Source: Chromera velia (taxonomy: Eukaryota). From it: a stretch of DNA of 64,000 nt. Shown here one piece after another: positions 50,975-64,000 of the stretch (the stretch's first letter is position 1; the number at the start of each line of letters is the position of its first letter). A model generated the notes under the pieces. It made no database searches. It saw only the letters and a list, made by a program, of their open reading frames with translations, and was not told where the DNA came from. Both the position numbers and the translations under genes were made by a program. The stretch is from the NCBI GenBank assembly GCA_018398765.1, contig JAHBMJ010000366.1, positions 62,001 through 126,000 of the forward strand. Reading direction: 5' to 3'.

Positions 50975-52573
50975 GTCTGTGTGAGTGTCGCCTTGTAGAA
51001 AAATCATTCAATAGGCCCACGGAGTATCCACACATTTGAGAAAGCTGTGGGCCCATCTGACTCACGATCTTACAGTAAATCATTCATCCTATGAATACAT
51101 TCATTCAAGTGATTGATGTGACGTAAACCGCAGAGGAAAGGACCAAAGACCCAAAAAAAGGACATGAGGCGTCTCTGCGGTTATTTGTTGGGTATCTGAC
51201 TCTATCTGTCTGTGTGTATCGATGCATAAGTATGTGTGTGTTCTCATTTACTCACTCACTCACTCACTGCCCCACCCACTCACTTTCATCTCTCTCTGCA
51301 GAGCCAAGTGATTCTCGAATGGCGTCCCGTGTTTGTGATGTTGGTGTCTCTTCACATCAAGGGCGGCAGCCCCTCCGCCCCTCTTCCCGAATCTGTACTG
51401 CCGTCTTCCCCCCACGCGATCCCGCTCCTTCCCTCTCCCCCCACCGGCAGACGAGGCCTTCCCCCCATCTCTTCGTCCTCCCCGACTTTCTCCGCCTCAC
51501 ACAGGGGGAGTGGGGGGTTAGGACGATTCCGACACCCCCCTCCCCCCCCTGTCCACACACCCGGAGGGAAGACAGGGACACGGAAGAGGGCCCCCCCGCC
51601 TCCAACCCCCCCCTCCCTCGGTTTGCCCCCCCGTCGCTCTCGATCTGCCACGTCGAGCTCCTTTCAAGTGGGGGGCGCTCTCCCGGTGGTTGCGAAAACA
51701 GAAAAGCACACAGAAATACTCAGGGGGGAAGAGGAAGAAGAGCCAGGAAAGGACAAACCTCAACAGTTGGTGCATTCAACCTCAAACTCTCAATCCACCT
51801 CCGCAGCTTCTTTGCCTTTCCCACAAGTGGAGGTGGAAGGGCCAAGAACAAGAACAACAGCAGGAATTGGAGGCGAAAGAGAAACCGTTCCGACCTCATC
51901 GTCCGCTTCCTTTTCTGTATCTGGAATTGAAATGAATGCGCCTGCTGCGGCTGAGACAGAGAGGACAACCACAGCAGGTCGCCCCCCTCTGCCCAGACAC
52001 GCGCAGTCCTCAGGCAGAACACAAGAAGAGAGATGCCTCCCCCCTCTGTCCCCTTCAACAACCTCGGTCTCCAAATTGAATGCCAAAACAAACAACACCT
52101 CTGGCAGACCTTCAACACAAAAAGGAGGCGAAAAGCTTCAGCAGAAGGAGACGCCATCGTCCCGACCACAGCTCCTCTGTTCCCCCTCCGCTCGTTCGAC
52201 CGCCTCTGCTGCAGTGCCGCAGTACGGAAAGGGCGATAGGAGGTCGTCATTTCAAATTCCCCCCTACTCAGAAAGGGAGAAGGGGAAGGGAAAGGGGGGG
52301 CAGCAGGAGCGGGAGCAGTGGACGGGGGGTGGGGGCACAAGTCGCAGAGCACGTCGAGGGTCTGCTCCGGGGAGTGTTGCGGCTTCTGTGTCTTCTTTCT
52401 CCTCCATGCACAACTCTGCCCCTCAATCTCAAACAGCGCAGATGATGCACAGACAGAGGATGGAGAAGGAGAGGGAGGAGCGGGAGAGAAGCAGAACAGA
52501 AGAATTGGCACGGCAGATTCAAGAGGCAGAGACGCGAGTGCGGAGGTTGGTACGTTGGTGGGTGGGTGGATCT

Positions 52574-52604
<31 letters not shown>

Positions 52605-54646
52605 TTGCATTTTCTTTCTTCTCTTTCTTCTCTTTCTTCCTTCCTTCCTTCCTTGCGTGCATGGCGTCAGTCAGGAAGTAAGCGTTCAAAATGAATGAAA
52701 AGGAGTGAAGTTCACGCGTTCCCACCATGACTACCGACCCATCTGCCCATGCTTGCACGCCTTCATGCATGCATCTTTCTTTGTTGTGTCTGCTTCTGTT
52801 TGTGCCTTCCTTCAGATCCTTCGGGGGGTCCGACCAGAACGCGCTCTTTCTGATTGCTCTGCGGCCTGCTCGGGAGTACGAGCTCGAGGCGCAAAGGGGC
52901 AAGGCGGAAGGGGGGTCTAGCGAATGGCCCCGCGCCCTCGACCGATCTTCGGTTGACTACAGTCTCGGCAGCAGCAGCAAGGGGGGTGGGGGGGAGGGGG
53001 TTTGGCTCCCTCTCCCGGTCCCTTTCGGGGTCTGTGAGGGGGGCAACGGAAAGGAGAAGGAGACAAAGCAGCAGGGAGAGGGGGAAGAGGGAAAGCAACT
53101 GTTGGAGGGACTTGTTTTGGGAGATGTGCTCCCAATCGGCACCCAACCTCCTGAGCTGTTCCGAGACTCTGTCCCCATGCACAGTCGAGAGATGTCAGGA
53201 CACCCCCTCGTTCCCTCATCCCTCCTTCCGCAAAGGAGTTTTGCTTCCTGGTTGAAGAGATTCACACTAGGCGGGATGATTGGGATGGAGAGGGTACAGG
53301 GAATTCGAGTGAGGGGCGTGCACCCAGGGAGGGAGTGGAACCTCGTTCCTCTCCCCTGCACAACTGCAAAGGAAGTGGTGCTTGACTTGGTGCCTTCCTG
53401 CAGGCGCCCAGCTGAGCGATTTGCCGCCCTGATCTCCTCTCTGACTGTCTGCGTACGCACCGCGAGAGGGGAGGGGGTCGAGTCCGTCGAGGCCTCTCTG
53501 AGCCCTCCGCTTAGGGCCTTCGCCTTTGCTCCCGCCATTCTTCCCGATGGCCGTCTCTTCTTCGCACTCCGAACAGCCCTGCTCTCGGACCCCCACACGC
53601 CCCCCGAGATTTTCTCCTCCGTCTCCCCAGCAGTGCCCTTCATGAGACAGTACATGCGCGCAGTGGCCGCCTGGTCGATTCTGGCGGGGGACAGGAGGCG
53701 GGCACAGGCACAGAGGGAGCGGAAGGAGGCGGCGGTGCTCAATAAGAGCCAGGCCCCCCCCTCTGTCGCATCCCGCCGCCGCGCACTCACTGGGGGTGGC
53801 GGCTTGGAAGCCTCACCCGCGATGCGCATACACTCAGTGCGGTCGAGTGCCAGCAGGGCCCCGTTTTCCCCTTCAGAAGGATCCACAATCATGCGTGGCG
53901 GCGCCGGAAGGGCCGGCAGCAGGCAGCGATACCCCGCCGCCGCAAGAGCTTCCCGTCAACGGCACCCTGCAGTTCCGCCCTCCGCCCGGGGAGACGGCGT
54001 GTGCGATTCCCCTTCCGTGTCTCTGTTTGATTCCATCCTTTCCGGTGGCACCGTCTCCTTTTCTGAGGGAGACGGGATCGCGTCAGGCGAGTCTGCAGAA
54101 GAGTCCCCTTCAAATGTCTCTTCGGCTGCTGAAGGGGGCACATCGGCGGCCTCTCTGTCCCTCACGGGACCTAGAAGAAGCCTGCCTCTGCCTGCACACA
54201 GAACGCAACCTGCGCTCGGCAGCAGCCACCCGAACCATCCCAGCCTCCCGCCATTGCAACGATCTCTGACAGTCGAGAGCGGTAGCGACAAGAGAGGAAG
54301 TCGGGGCCGGGGGGGGTGTCATCCTTCTTCTCGCCTCCCTCCCTCGGCAGGGGGAAGGGGGAGGGGGGGTTCTCGGTATTCGCCTGTGTTCCCCTCGACC
54401 TCTTCCCCTTGTGGGCCGCCTGTGAGGCAGAGGCAGAGAGAGGGCCCCCCGGGTAGTGCGTTGGGGTTCCAACAAGAGAGCGCGGAGCAGGAGGGGGTGT
54501 CAGGGGGCATGGGCGTTGGCTCGAGTGTGTCCGCAGAGCCTCCAATTCTTGAGAGCTTTTTGTCTGCAGCCCTGTTGTCGCCTCGGGTCAAGTCGGGGGC
54601 GGGGGGGGGGGAGTTTCGGTCGTTCCACGGGACTCTGGGGCAGTAG
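49565..54646 (+). CDS. Hypothetical protein with PH-domain-like N-terminal strands and long low-complexity inserts, ~1172 aa, 4 exons
   Basis: Exons 49565-49623, 50325-50709, 51302-52545 and 52816-54646 are GT-AG with phases 2,0,2. The splice join gives HEGWMLKQ|SQVILEWRPVFVML, resembling PH strands beta1-beta2. Confidence 0.65.
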
Positions 54647-55878
54647 GGAGGCGGCAGGCAGGGAGGGAGGGCAAGTAAATGAGTGAGTAATTAGCAAAGA
54701 GGGGGTTCGATCGAAGTGGTCTGTCTGTCTTGCGTCCAACGGTCGGTCGGTCCATGCGTTTGCATGGATGGGATGCATGCTTGGATGGACGGATGCATTT
54801 AAGCGGACAGATTGATTCCATTTTGTTGGGCTGGTCAGTGTTGGTAGTAGAGGAAGAGGACCGATGCTACTTCGCCTTTTTTGTCTGCGGAGGGGAAGGG
54901 GGGGGGGGGGCTTGTGACTGACTATCTGACTGTCTGTCTGTGATTTCTTTGGTAAGGTGCTTTGTTGATCCACACAGAGGTCTTGCCTGCAGGCTGTGGA
55001 ATGTGACTGCATTCACATTCGGTTGACTGGAGGAAGGGAGAGCGTTTAATTATTTCCGTGTGGCAGCATGTTTGCTTGTGTTGTCAGTTTGTGGGCCCAT
55101 CGGCGAATGGGAGCTGAATTTCTTTTTGATGGTCGCGACGGTTGGTTTTCTGTCCACCTTTTTCAAGGTTTCCTTTTTTCAACGGAATGCGTTTTTATTG
55201 ATGGCCGATGGATGTGCATGTGGCGTTCAATTATGTGTTCTGTTTTCTCGTCTCTTCTTTTATTTTCTGTTCCTCTCTCTGTCTTTGGTTTCCTTTTTGT
55301 CTTTGAAGTGAAGGGAGAAAGAAGGGAGGAAGGAGAGAAGGAAGACCCCTCGATATTTTTCTCTTCTTCTTTTGTTCGTCCTCCTCGCCTGTCTGTCCGC
55401 CTGTCTGTCCGCCTGCCTGCCTGTCTGCCTGCATGTCTGTCTGTCTGCCTCCCTGCCTCCCTGCCTGTCTGTCTGTCTGTCTGTCCGCCTGCCTGCCTGT
55501 CTGCCTGCCTTCCTGCCTGCCTGGCTGGCTGGCTGGCCGTCTGTCTGTCTGTCGGGGCCTTCTCCGTGATGAGGGGGGAGGCTACAGGGAGGAGTGAGTA
55601 CAAGCATGCAGGATGTCGGGATGGATGGATGGAGGGGTCCAAGAGGATTGAGCGGAGGGGAGAGGATCAGGTCGAGGCGAGAGCAGAGAAGAGAAGAAGG
55701 TTTGAAGCCGTGAGGCGTTCCGGTGAAGAAATGAAATGAGTGAATCAGTCGGGGTTCCTCATTTTCTTTTTCTTTTATGGTTTTCACCTTTTGTTTGTTG
55801 TTCTTTTCTTTTCTTTCTGCTCTGAGCTCTGCCTTCTCCTCCCTCAATGGGTCCTCTCCTCTTTCTTTCTGTCAGGTG

Positions 55879-55935
<57 letters not shown>

Positions 55936-58499
55936 GTCGAAGGACGAAAAGGGAATCGAAGCAGCGAAGGACAAAATGGGGGGGGGGCGGGGAGCAGATG
56001 TGCAAACACTTCTTCTCTGTCTGTTTCTCTATATCTGTCTGTGTATGTGTGTGTGTGTGTGTGTATCTGTGGACGTCCTTCCTTCTTTTCTCATCGGCGC
56101 ATGTGTCCCCTTCCTGTCCTTCTCACTCGCCTTCTTTCTGGTTCTTCATGTTAACCCCTCTCGTCTTCTTTCGTCTTGAATGGTGTACCAGATCTACTCC
56201 CTGCCCCACTTCTTCTAACGAAGAGAGGATCGAGTCAGTCCTCCTTTCTTTCTTCTTTTTCTGTCCTGCCTGCTGTAACTAAGCAGTCAAGTCTCGATCG
56301 ATCGCCTGCCTGTCTTCTTCCCGGAGTGAGGTTTGGGTTGGGCTGTAATTTTAAGCAAAACAAAGTTTTCATTCATTATTTGGCCAGTCAACAAAAGCCG
56401 TCGTCTTTTCTTCACAGCATCCATCTTTCACCGTTGGGAATGAGTAACTCGGCACACCCAGCGATAGGGCAGAGGACGATTCGATTTTTTTAAAGAATCG
56501 GCGAGTGCGTGCTGTGATTGATGCAGACTTGCTCCTCCCCAGCCGTTTCTGATTTGACTGGAGAGTCGCAATGGACAGGGGAAGGGTGGAGGTGGATCGA
56601 TCGCTCTTGCGTCTGTCTTTTTCGTTTCGTTCATTTTGTTTTTTTGTCATCGTCTTGTCTTGCCGCCCCCCCCCCCCCCNNCGCCTCTCTTGATTCTCTT
56701 CCTCACCTCCCGTCTAGATCGCCCTGCGCTCTCTCTGCGTGACCCACCCATGCGCACACGAGATGATACGAAAAGTTGGAAGAAAGGAAGGAAGGAAGGT
56801 AGGGAGGTTGACATGAAAAATCGACACAAGAAAAGTAGCAGATGCATGCAGGGAATGAAGGTAGCAGAAAAAGAAGAGAAGGGCTTGAATAGGACGACAT
56901 GAAAAAAAACAGCACCCGGGGCCAGGGGGAGTGGCGACCGGGTGAAGAAGACGAAAAGGAGAGGAGAGGAGAGGAGAGGAAGAGGGGAGAGGAGAAGTAA
57001 ATGCATCCGACTTCCTTCCTTCCAGTAGCTCTCGGGGTGCGCGTAACTATTTTCATTCGTCGTGCCATCATGCAGTCAATTTGCGTCGCATTTTCCCTTC
57101 CTTTTCATCTTCGGCATCGATCTGCGGTTGTTGTTTTCTCAATAATTCGAGAAGTCCCTTTGGCCACGCACCCTCATGTATGCACAATTCGGTTTTTCTG
57201 TATTTCGAGCAGTCATTTTTCTTTTTGGCGCGCGATTGATCGTGTTGACATTCGTTTCCGTAAACATGCATGGGGAGGGGCAGGAAGAGGCGCGGCTGGC
57301 CTGTCTGTACGTCTGTCTTTCTGTCTGTTTGGAGCAAGGATAATAATGAACAGGACTTTCTGCCACTGTCTGACTGGCTGTCTGCCACTTGTAGCTTCGT
57401 AGAAAGTAAGAGAAAGGAAACGAGAGAGAGGGAGAGCGGAAGGGGATAAGTGAAGAACTCTCCCTACCGGCCCAGATTGACATTTCTCCCCCCCCCCCCC
57501 CCCCNCCCCCCCCACGTGGGTCTGTCTGTCTGTCTCCCTTTTGCCTGGGAGCATATCCAATGGGGCGAGGGGAAAGGGAGAGGACGTCAACGTCAGTCAT
57601 TGGAAGAAGGAAGAGAGAGAAAGAGCAATCGTGGTGTGGCAAAGGAGAAAAAGAGGTGGAGTGGGGGAGTGCGGTGGGTGTGAACGCGCAGGGAATAGAA
57701 GAGTAAGCGGAATGGATGAAAAGAAAAGGAGGGGAAAGAAGGGAGGGAGGGAGGGAGGAATTGAGGGGCTTTTCTCCTCAAAGATTTCTCCACGTCCTTC
57801 GCGCTTCCTTACTTTCCTGACATGTTTAGTCGTTTTCTGTATCTGTATGCCTGTTGTCTCTTCTTTTGGTAAGTATTTCTGTGTCCTGATTCTATTCTTG
57901 CGCGAGGGTTCGTTTGTACCTTCGTTTGTTTCTCTGCTCCTTGCTTTGATTTATCCATCTCTCTGCGCAGTCGGCCTCAAAGTCGCTGCATGGGTGGGTA
58001 CCGGGGTGGGCCCATGTCTTTTGGCCGCCTGTGTGTGTTTTGGTTTTATTTGCATGCACTGCCTGGTGTCCTTCGTTTTTCCCTGTCTCCTTCTTTCTTT
58101 CTCATCAGAGATGGGAGCGTGAGGAAGTGAAGACTGAATAAACGTATGGATCGATGTTGTCTGGGGTGAGTTAGTTCACTGTCGAGCGTTGTCACCAGGG
58201 GTGGACATGAAATCGAATTTAATGATCGGTGTCAATCATCGACTTTGCGTTGCTGACAGGGAAGACAGGGGCGTTTCTTGCATGCTGTCTCGGTCTCCCC
58301 CCCCCCCCCCNNCCCCGTGTGTGTGTGTGTGCGTGTGTGTGTGAGTGAGAGAATTGCATGTGCTCCATGCAGTCTCTCCCCCTCCAGGTCACCCGCTCTC
58401 CGTCTCTATCTTTCTTCTTCTTTTTTCTTCTTCCCTTCAGGCAGCAACTCTCTCTCTTTCTCTCTCTCCCCCTTCCATCGATAGTTCCTCCCCCATGCA

Positions 58500-58532
<33 letters not shown>

Positions 58533-59574
58533 TGCAATCTATCGAGTGTGTGGATGAAGGAGAAGAGAAGACAGGAAGAATTCAAAGTGGACGTGTGATT
58601 GTAGTTTTTTTTGGTGAGAGAATCAGTGGAGTGCCGATCGAAGAGCAAGAGCAGAGAAAGAAGACCGAGGGATCGCTTGGTGTCTATTCTTACCAAAAGA
58701 GAAGGAAGAAGTCGCAGTGCGCGAAAGAAAAGTCACGCAGGAAGAAGGGAAGGAAGGAATGGCTTGTAAGAGCGTACAGAGAAAAGGCAGGCAGTAAAGT
58801 CGACAGGAGGTATTCATGCAGGCACTCAATTCGCAGTTTAATTAATCCGACGCAATCCTTGCCCGCCCTCCAATGATCGAGGAATGGACGGCGGCACATT
58901 GATCGAGGCACGTGGGGGGGCGTGCAATGTGCATGGTAACTAACTAGCTGGCTGAAGTACTGTCGAAGTAATGGTAGGCAACTAACTGGCTGAAGTACTG
59001 TCGAAGAATTCGAGGGCGACGGATCGTCCAAACTTACCGCTGCGTGGATGCATGGAGGAGGAAGGGGAGTGTGAATTTTTTCTCGCCACTCATTCGCAGC
59101 AGAATGGGTCGGGGAAAAGGAGAGAAGAGATAAAAGACTTTGTTGCCGTCTGTCGGCGGTCCATGATGTTTGTTCCTTGACGGTCATGAAATACTTTGAT
59201 TCCCTGCCTGGGTACCTGCAGAAGGTTTTCCTCTCTGCCTCCCATCGTCTTCCCTCTGCAGTGATTGACATCTTCACGCTGGTGCTTGCGTGACCGCATG
59301 CATAATGAGCACTTCGTTTTTGCACACACACACGCGCACACGCACACACACAAACGCACGCGCCTGAAATTGTTCAGGTGTTGCCTGCCTGTCTGCCTGA
59401 AAGGAGGGGGTGTTATTGCGTTGAGATTCCAAGGCGCACACGCACACAGAAAACGTACGTGGATGGAGACATTCTCTGTGGCAGAAGGGAAAAGAGGAAA
59501 AAGGCATAAAAGGGCAAGCGGAAGGAGCCAAGGCATCGTTTCATCCAACTAAAAGTCCTTCTGTGTGAGAGAGA

Positions 59575-59611
<37 letters not shown>

Positions 59612-60053
59612 TTCTGGGTGTCGGTCATTGTCTCTTGATCTGACTGGGGTGGCGCATGCATGGGCGATTGAGATGGTCTGCATATACGTCCGGACATGCA
59701 GTGAATCCAGGAGGGGAGCGGGGGGGAAAGCTGGAAGGAAAGTCAGTAACACTCGGGGTGAGTCGGTCGGACACGACGGACAGGAGTTGCGCGGAAGATG
59801 AAGTGCCTGGGGCAAAATGCATATCAACCCCTCACCCCATGCAGGCGTTTATTGAGTAGCTTAAGCTGATTTAAGCTGTCCTCCACTAGGGCGCTCCGAG
59901 TTACTGGAACTGTTTTTTGTGTGATTGATAAATGAAAAAACTTTTTAAAACCAGTATGTTAAAAACTAAATTTGTTTTTGGTAGTTTGTGGTATCGTAGC
60001 AGTAGCCATTCTACAAAAAGCATACAAACTAGCATCATCATCATCATCATTCA

Positions 60054-60494
60054 CCATCGCTATCGGCCCATAAATGAGCGTCTAACTAGCATACATTAAT
60101 AATTAAAAGGTTTTAATTGCTTATTATCAAACTTTTTAGACAAGTTTTTAAATTTTTTATTTTTATACGTTTGATCTGTTTTGATCTAGCTGTTACCCGT
60201 GTCCAATGAATCAATCACCAAGTTATAGGCCCTCTATGTCTTACCGCGGCGTTGCCCTGTGTGGCCGTTTCTAGGCTCCCCATATCAAGAGAGAAAAAAA
60301 AAAGAAAATTTGGTTTAGACGCCTATTCACTCATGCGCAAGCACGCCCTGCCAGAAGTGGAAGAGTTTGAGAAAAAATGCAGTTGTTAAGCTATTTACCA
60401 AATGTTATGAAATAAGGGTCAATCATTTAATAATCTGCCTTACGTGTTATAACTTGCCGAACGTTAGACGCCTATTATGGGCCGATAGCGATGG
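60054..60494. repeat. Inverted repeat pair (~33 bp) with outward (ATG)n tails
   Basis: CCATCGCTATCGGCCCATAAATGAGCGTCTAAC (60054-60086) pairs with GTTAGACGCCTATTATGGGCCGATAGCGATGG (60463-60494). (CAT)n lies to the left and (ATG)n to the right. Confidence 0.75.
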
Positions 60495-60690
60495 CATATA
60501 ATGATGATGCTGATAAGTTTTTTTTTATTTTTAATTTTTTAGAACAATACCTGAACAATTGTTGTTTAAATTGGGGTGTTGCATCGGTGTTGCACAATGC
60601 ACAAGCGTTGTTTAGAAAAAAAAAAAAAAGAAAATCAAAAATGAATTTTAGGCAATTACTTTTTTAGTTTTTTTATATATGGGGAGCCTG
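60271..60690. mobile_element. Degenerate MITE resembling the 131-358 element
   Basis: Ends CTAGGCTCCCCATAT / ATATGGGGAGCCTG with subterminal A/T runs. Internal TTGTTG/TTGCACAA motifs are shared with 200-270. No TSD found. Confidence 0.5.
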
Positions 60691-60824
60691 ATGATTGAGG
60701 GTTAAATCCTAGATTTAGCGACGCCAAATCCCAAGCCACTAGCAAGGTTTTGAGGACAACCCAGAGTACACATTCATGGGGGGAGGGGATGAGGAAGCCT
60801 GCATGCCAATCGGATCGATTCGCC

Positions 60825-61652
60825 TCAACTTGCCTTATCGACAGAATTGACCTTCTTGAGATAGTCGGCTATAGCTTTGAAACCGCTTCTAGGCAGAATT
60901 GTGCACAACAGCAACACTATATCCTTCATTTTTTTCTGATTGTTAGAAGTGCCCCTCCCGGTGGCACCTGTAACGCGTTGTGTGATCTGTATTCTTATGT
61001 TAATGGGCGCTTTCTGCTTTGCAATTTCATACAGTTCTTTCAGCCTGTTCCATTCTCTTTCTGTGTCCTTACATTCCGTCAGAACATGAACCCCATCTTT
61101 GATCACATGCGAGGAGGACAAACATTTATCATACAGCCGTTTTAGTTGGGTTCTATCCATATTCCCCCCTGTGAGAGCCCTGAAAAACATACGGAAGCCT
61201 GTGGAAGACTGCAACAGACTCTTTAGCAGAGGTGCAACACTGCATTCTATCATTTCACTTCTCGGACGCCATTTCTTTTCACTCAGAAGGTGCATGGCCA
61301 AACGCTGTCTGAACGGATTTTCTGATTGGAAAGGGGAGAGATTTACAAGGTGGGGAAAAATTCCGTCTCTGTCTCTAATGTTTCTAGTTTCTTCTTTCAA
61401 TCAGTCGAACAGCCAGGTACCCTCTACGATCTTTTTTGCCGCCCTTTTTCTTTTGGCCTTGCCCTTTCTTTTAAACTTATCCCCCACCGTGCTTGGCAAT
61501 GGAGGCCACAAAAAGGAGCAATCTAATGGAATGACCAGCCATTTTACTGTCTTAATGAAAGGTTCATATAAGCTAGCCAAGCACTCATTCCACACTGCCC
61601 GAGGTAGAGCACGGTCGATTGATTTGATGCATTGGATGAAGCCCCTACTCAA
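60825..61652 (-). pseudogene. Probable 3' relic of a non-LTR retrotransposon ORF2
   Basis: Two abutting same-frame ORFs are separated by one TGA. They contain RQRLAMHLL and a decayed CCHC finger RLYDKC-x7-DGVHVLTEC, typical of the region downstream of LINE RT. Confidence 0.55.
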
Positions 61653-62852
61653 CTTACCAAGTAGAGAACTGAATGGCTTGAGAGAGAAAGAGAGAAGGGG
61701 AGCCTAGGGCCGTATCAGGAAAGACCTATCGTCCTCAGCATCGTCCCCCTTTCTATCGGGAATCTACCTGAATACGTGCAGCCGCCGGCCTTGCCAAGGC
61801 TTACCCCTTCCTCGACACTCACTCTTTGCATTGCGCTCCTCGTACTTCGGAGGCACCCGCTTGTTATTCTATATATGATGAATTATAACATGATGCACTA
61901 CCTTTTTTAAGAACATCTCTACATTCTTTTTGAAGGCCCTTTCTATATTACTCACCAAATAGCAAATACGTGATCCCATATTGCTTGTTCCCACACGATT
62001 CGGTATTTAATGTTTGCAGAATTAATATTTTTGTTATGGTGGATCGTACGGCAGACTATTTATGTTTAAATTTATCATAATCTATCATACTACTAGTAGA
62101 TCAACCTTGATTTAAACTAAAAAATTGTGCACATATTATATATACACATAATTTTATGTATGTAGTAGTATGTAGCATCTTCTGTAGTTTGTATGACACG
62201 CAGAGTACCACAGACTCGCACTATCTTGTAGCACACTTGACTTGAAGGTACTTGAAGGGCTGCCGTACTCTCATATACGCACGTGGTTTGTTAGTGAATG
62301 GGGGGGGGGTCTTCTTCACTTCCGCGTGCAAAGCGCGCGCTTGAATGTATTCTTACATGCACATGTATTATATTAATAATTAATTGATTATTACATGATA
62401 TAGTGTACTTCGATACGTACACACACACTGCATGCACGTGCACACGCATCCATGCAAGAGGGGCAGTGATCGAGGGAAGGTGCAACCATATTCCGGCTTT
62501 TGCATTGCTCGACAGTCGATCGGTTGTCTTTTTCTGCTGCATAGGCTCCCAACTGTGAGTCGGACACACTTCCAGTCTGACATTCTGACCATCTTGCGGA
62601 CGATCGATCAGTCGACCAACCACCCTGACGTCGATCCAGTCATCCCCCACAATCTCTGCAGGCAGACAGTTGCGACCCCAGCAGCTCAGTACGACATCAG
62701 AGGAAGGATTTCAAAGACAAAAAGGCAAGAAACGAACTATCCAAAGTTGGCCCTCAATCTCTTGATCAGACATCCAGAGAGACTGAGCTCGTTTGACAGC
62801 CACATATATACACAACCACCAAAGTTGACTCAGCGAGACCTCACCAGATCAA

Positions 62853-62975
62853 ATGGGAAACTCACAAGGCCAGCGCTGCTGCTGCCAGGAGCAGCACCAA
62901 CTGAAGAATGACATCCAGGTGACCAAGTCCAAGTCCAAAAACGCCATTCAGGAGATCCCACCCATGCAGCCCCAG
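62853..62975 (+). CDS. First coding exon of a gene continuing downstream; N-terminal acylation signature
   Basis: AAATGGGA start, peptide MGNSQGQRCCCQEQ...MQPQ and a strong donor CAG|GTAGG. Later exons were not identified. Confidence 0.55.
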
Positions 62976-63945
62976 GTAGGCATGCATGCATGCTTGCGTG
63001 AACACATGCATGTCAATTCTCTTTCATTGAGCCTGCACGGGGGGTGCATTGTATGTCCCTATGTGAGGGAACGTGCATCTGTATACGCGTAGATCTGTCT
63101 TCAGATTCGCACTTGTGTGTGATCTCCGGGAGGAAAAAGTACTGCGTGCATGTTCGTGTGCCTGCATGAGTCACTAAATGTCCGCACGCGAAGGACATGC
63201 AGGCCAGGCATCAAAGGATCTTGGCTGCTTGGCACTTTGAACGAGTATGCATGAAGAGAAGTAGATGGACGGGGAAAGAGAATTAAGGGGAGCTGCAAAG
63301 ATTCACGGATAGATGAGCACAAGGGGGCATTGAAATGGATTCGTGAGAAACTACTATAGATCTTCTTTATGAAAACAATCTTTATGAGGGGTTCATGAGG
63401 AAAGAGAGTTTTCATGCTGTGCTGCGAGTCGCTTAAATGACTGCATTGAGCAGTTTCGGTCGCACAACACGATTCTGTGGCTTTGTGCTTCTTCTGTGTG
63501 TGTTTGACCAACAGTGTCTGTCTTTTGTGACTGGGTTGGTAGACGTCCCTTCTTCCGGCCCGCTTCTAGGAAGTTCCGCTTCCTATCTTGCCGTCCATCT
63601 GCTTGCTTCTCTATCTACCTGTCTGTCATTGTGTCTCTTTGTCTGTCTGTCTATTTGTCTGTCTGTCTGTCTATTTGTCTGTCTGTCTGTCTGTCTGTGA
63701 AGAAAAGACGATGTAGTCTGTCTGTCCGGCGGCTATCTTCTTCGTTTGTACCGACAACTTGTCCCTCCAACGAGGGTGGAGAATCATCGACTGACTCGCT
63801 GACTCACTCTGTCATTGACTCACCCACTCAACAGCGATGCACCCCTCGTCGGTAAGACATGAAGGGCATGCAGTCTGACTCTTGGCGCCCCGCCCTGCTG
63901 CTTCAGTGAACGTGTATGTCTCCTGTGTGTGTATATGTTTGTTCA

Positions 63946-63987
<42 letters not shown>

Positions 63988-64000
63988 TGCCTGTGTGCGA

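Noticed and set aside
54700..59850. Many short ORFs and a ~38-bp duplication at ~58940-59007
   Set aside because: The region is microsatellite-dominated, with no coherent exon chain or RNA-gene signature; probably UTR or intergenic.

Overview
Eukaryotic, intron-rich genomic DNA with GC-rich exons, microsatellite-filled GT-AG introns, AT-rich intergenic islands and abundant TGCATGCA. The style suggests a chromerid/alveolate such as Chromera, which is inference only. All gene models were spliced by hand. Contents in order: (1) a MITE-interrupted ORF remnant; (2) a minus-strand gene joining nine 18-aa Cys/His repeats to a SET domain; (3) the main find, a six-exon, ~3010-aa KS-less megasynthase with the order ThDP enzyme (degenerate) - ThDP enzyme - acyl-adenylating domain - PKS ketoreductase - carrier protein - GNAT-like C-terminus; (4) a 16-kb BUB1/MadBub checkpoint kinase gene; (5) an acyltransferase-3/SGNH (OafA-like) gene; (6) a decayed Ty3/Gypsy chromovirus with both LTRs, a 5-bp TSD and two nested CTAGG-ended DNA elements, whose substitutions are strongly biased to CpA/TpG and CpG transitions (RIP-like); (7) a gene with a split PH-like domain; (8) a LINE relic; (9) the first exon of a probably dually acylated protein. 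No rRNA, tRNA or CRISPR array was recognised.
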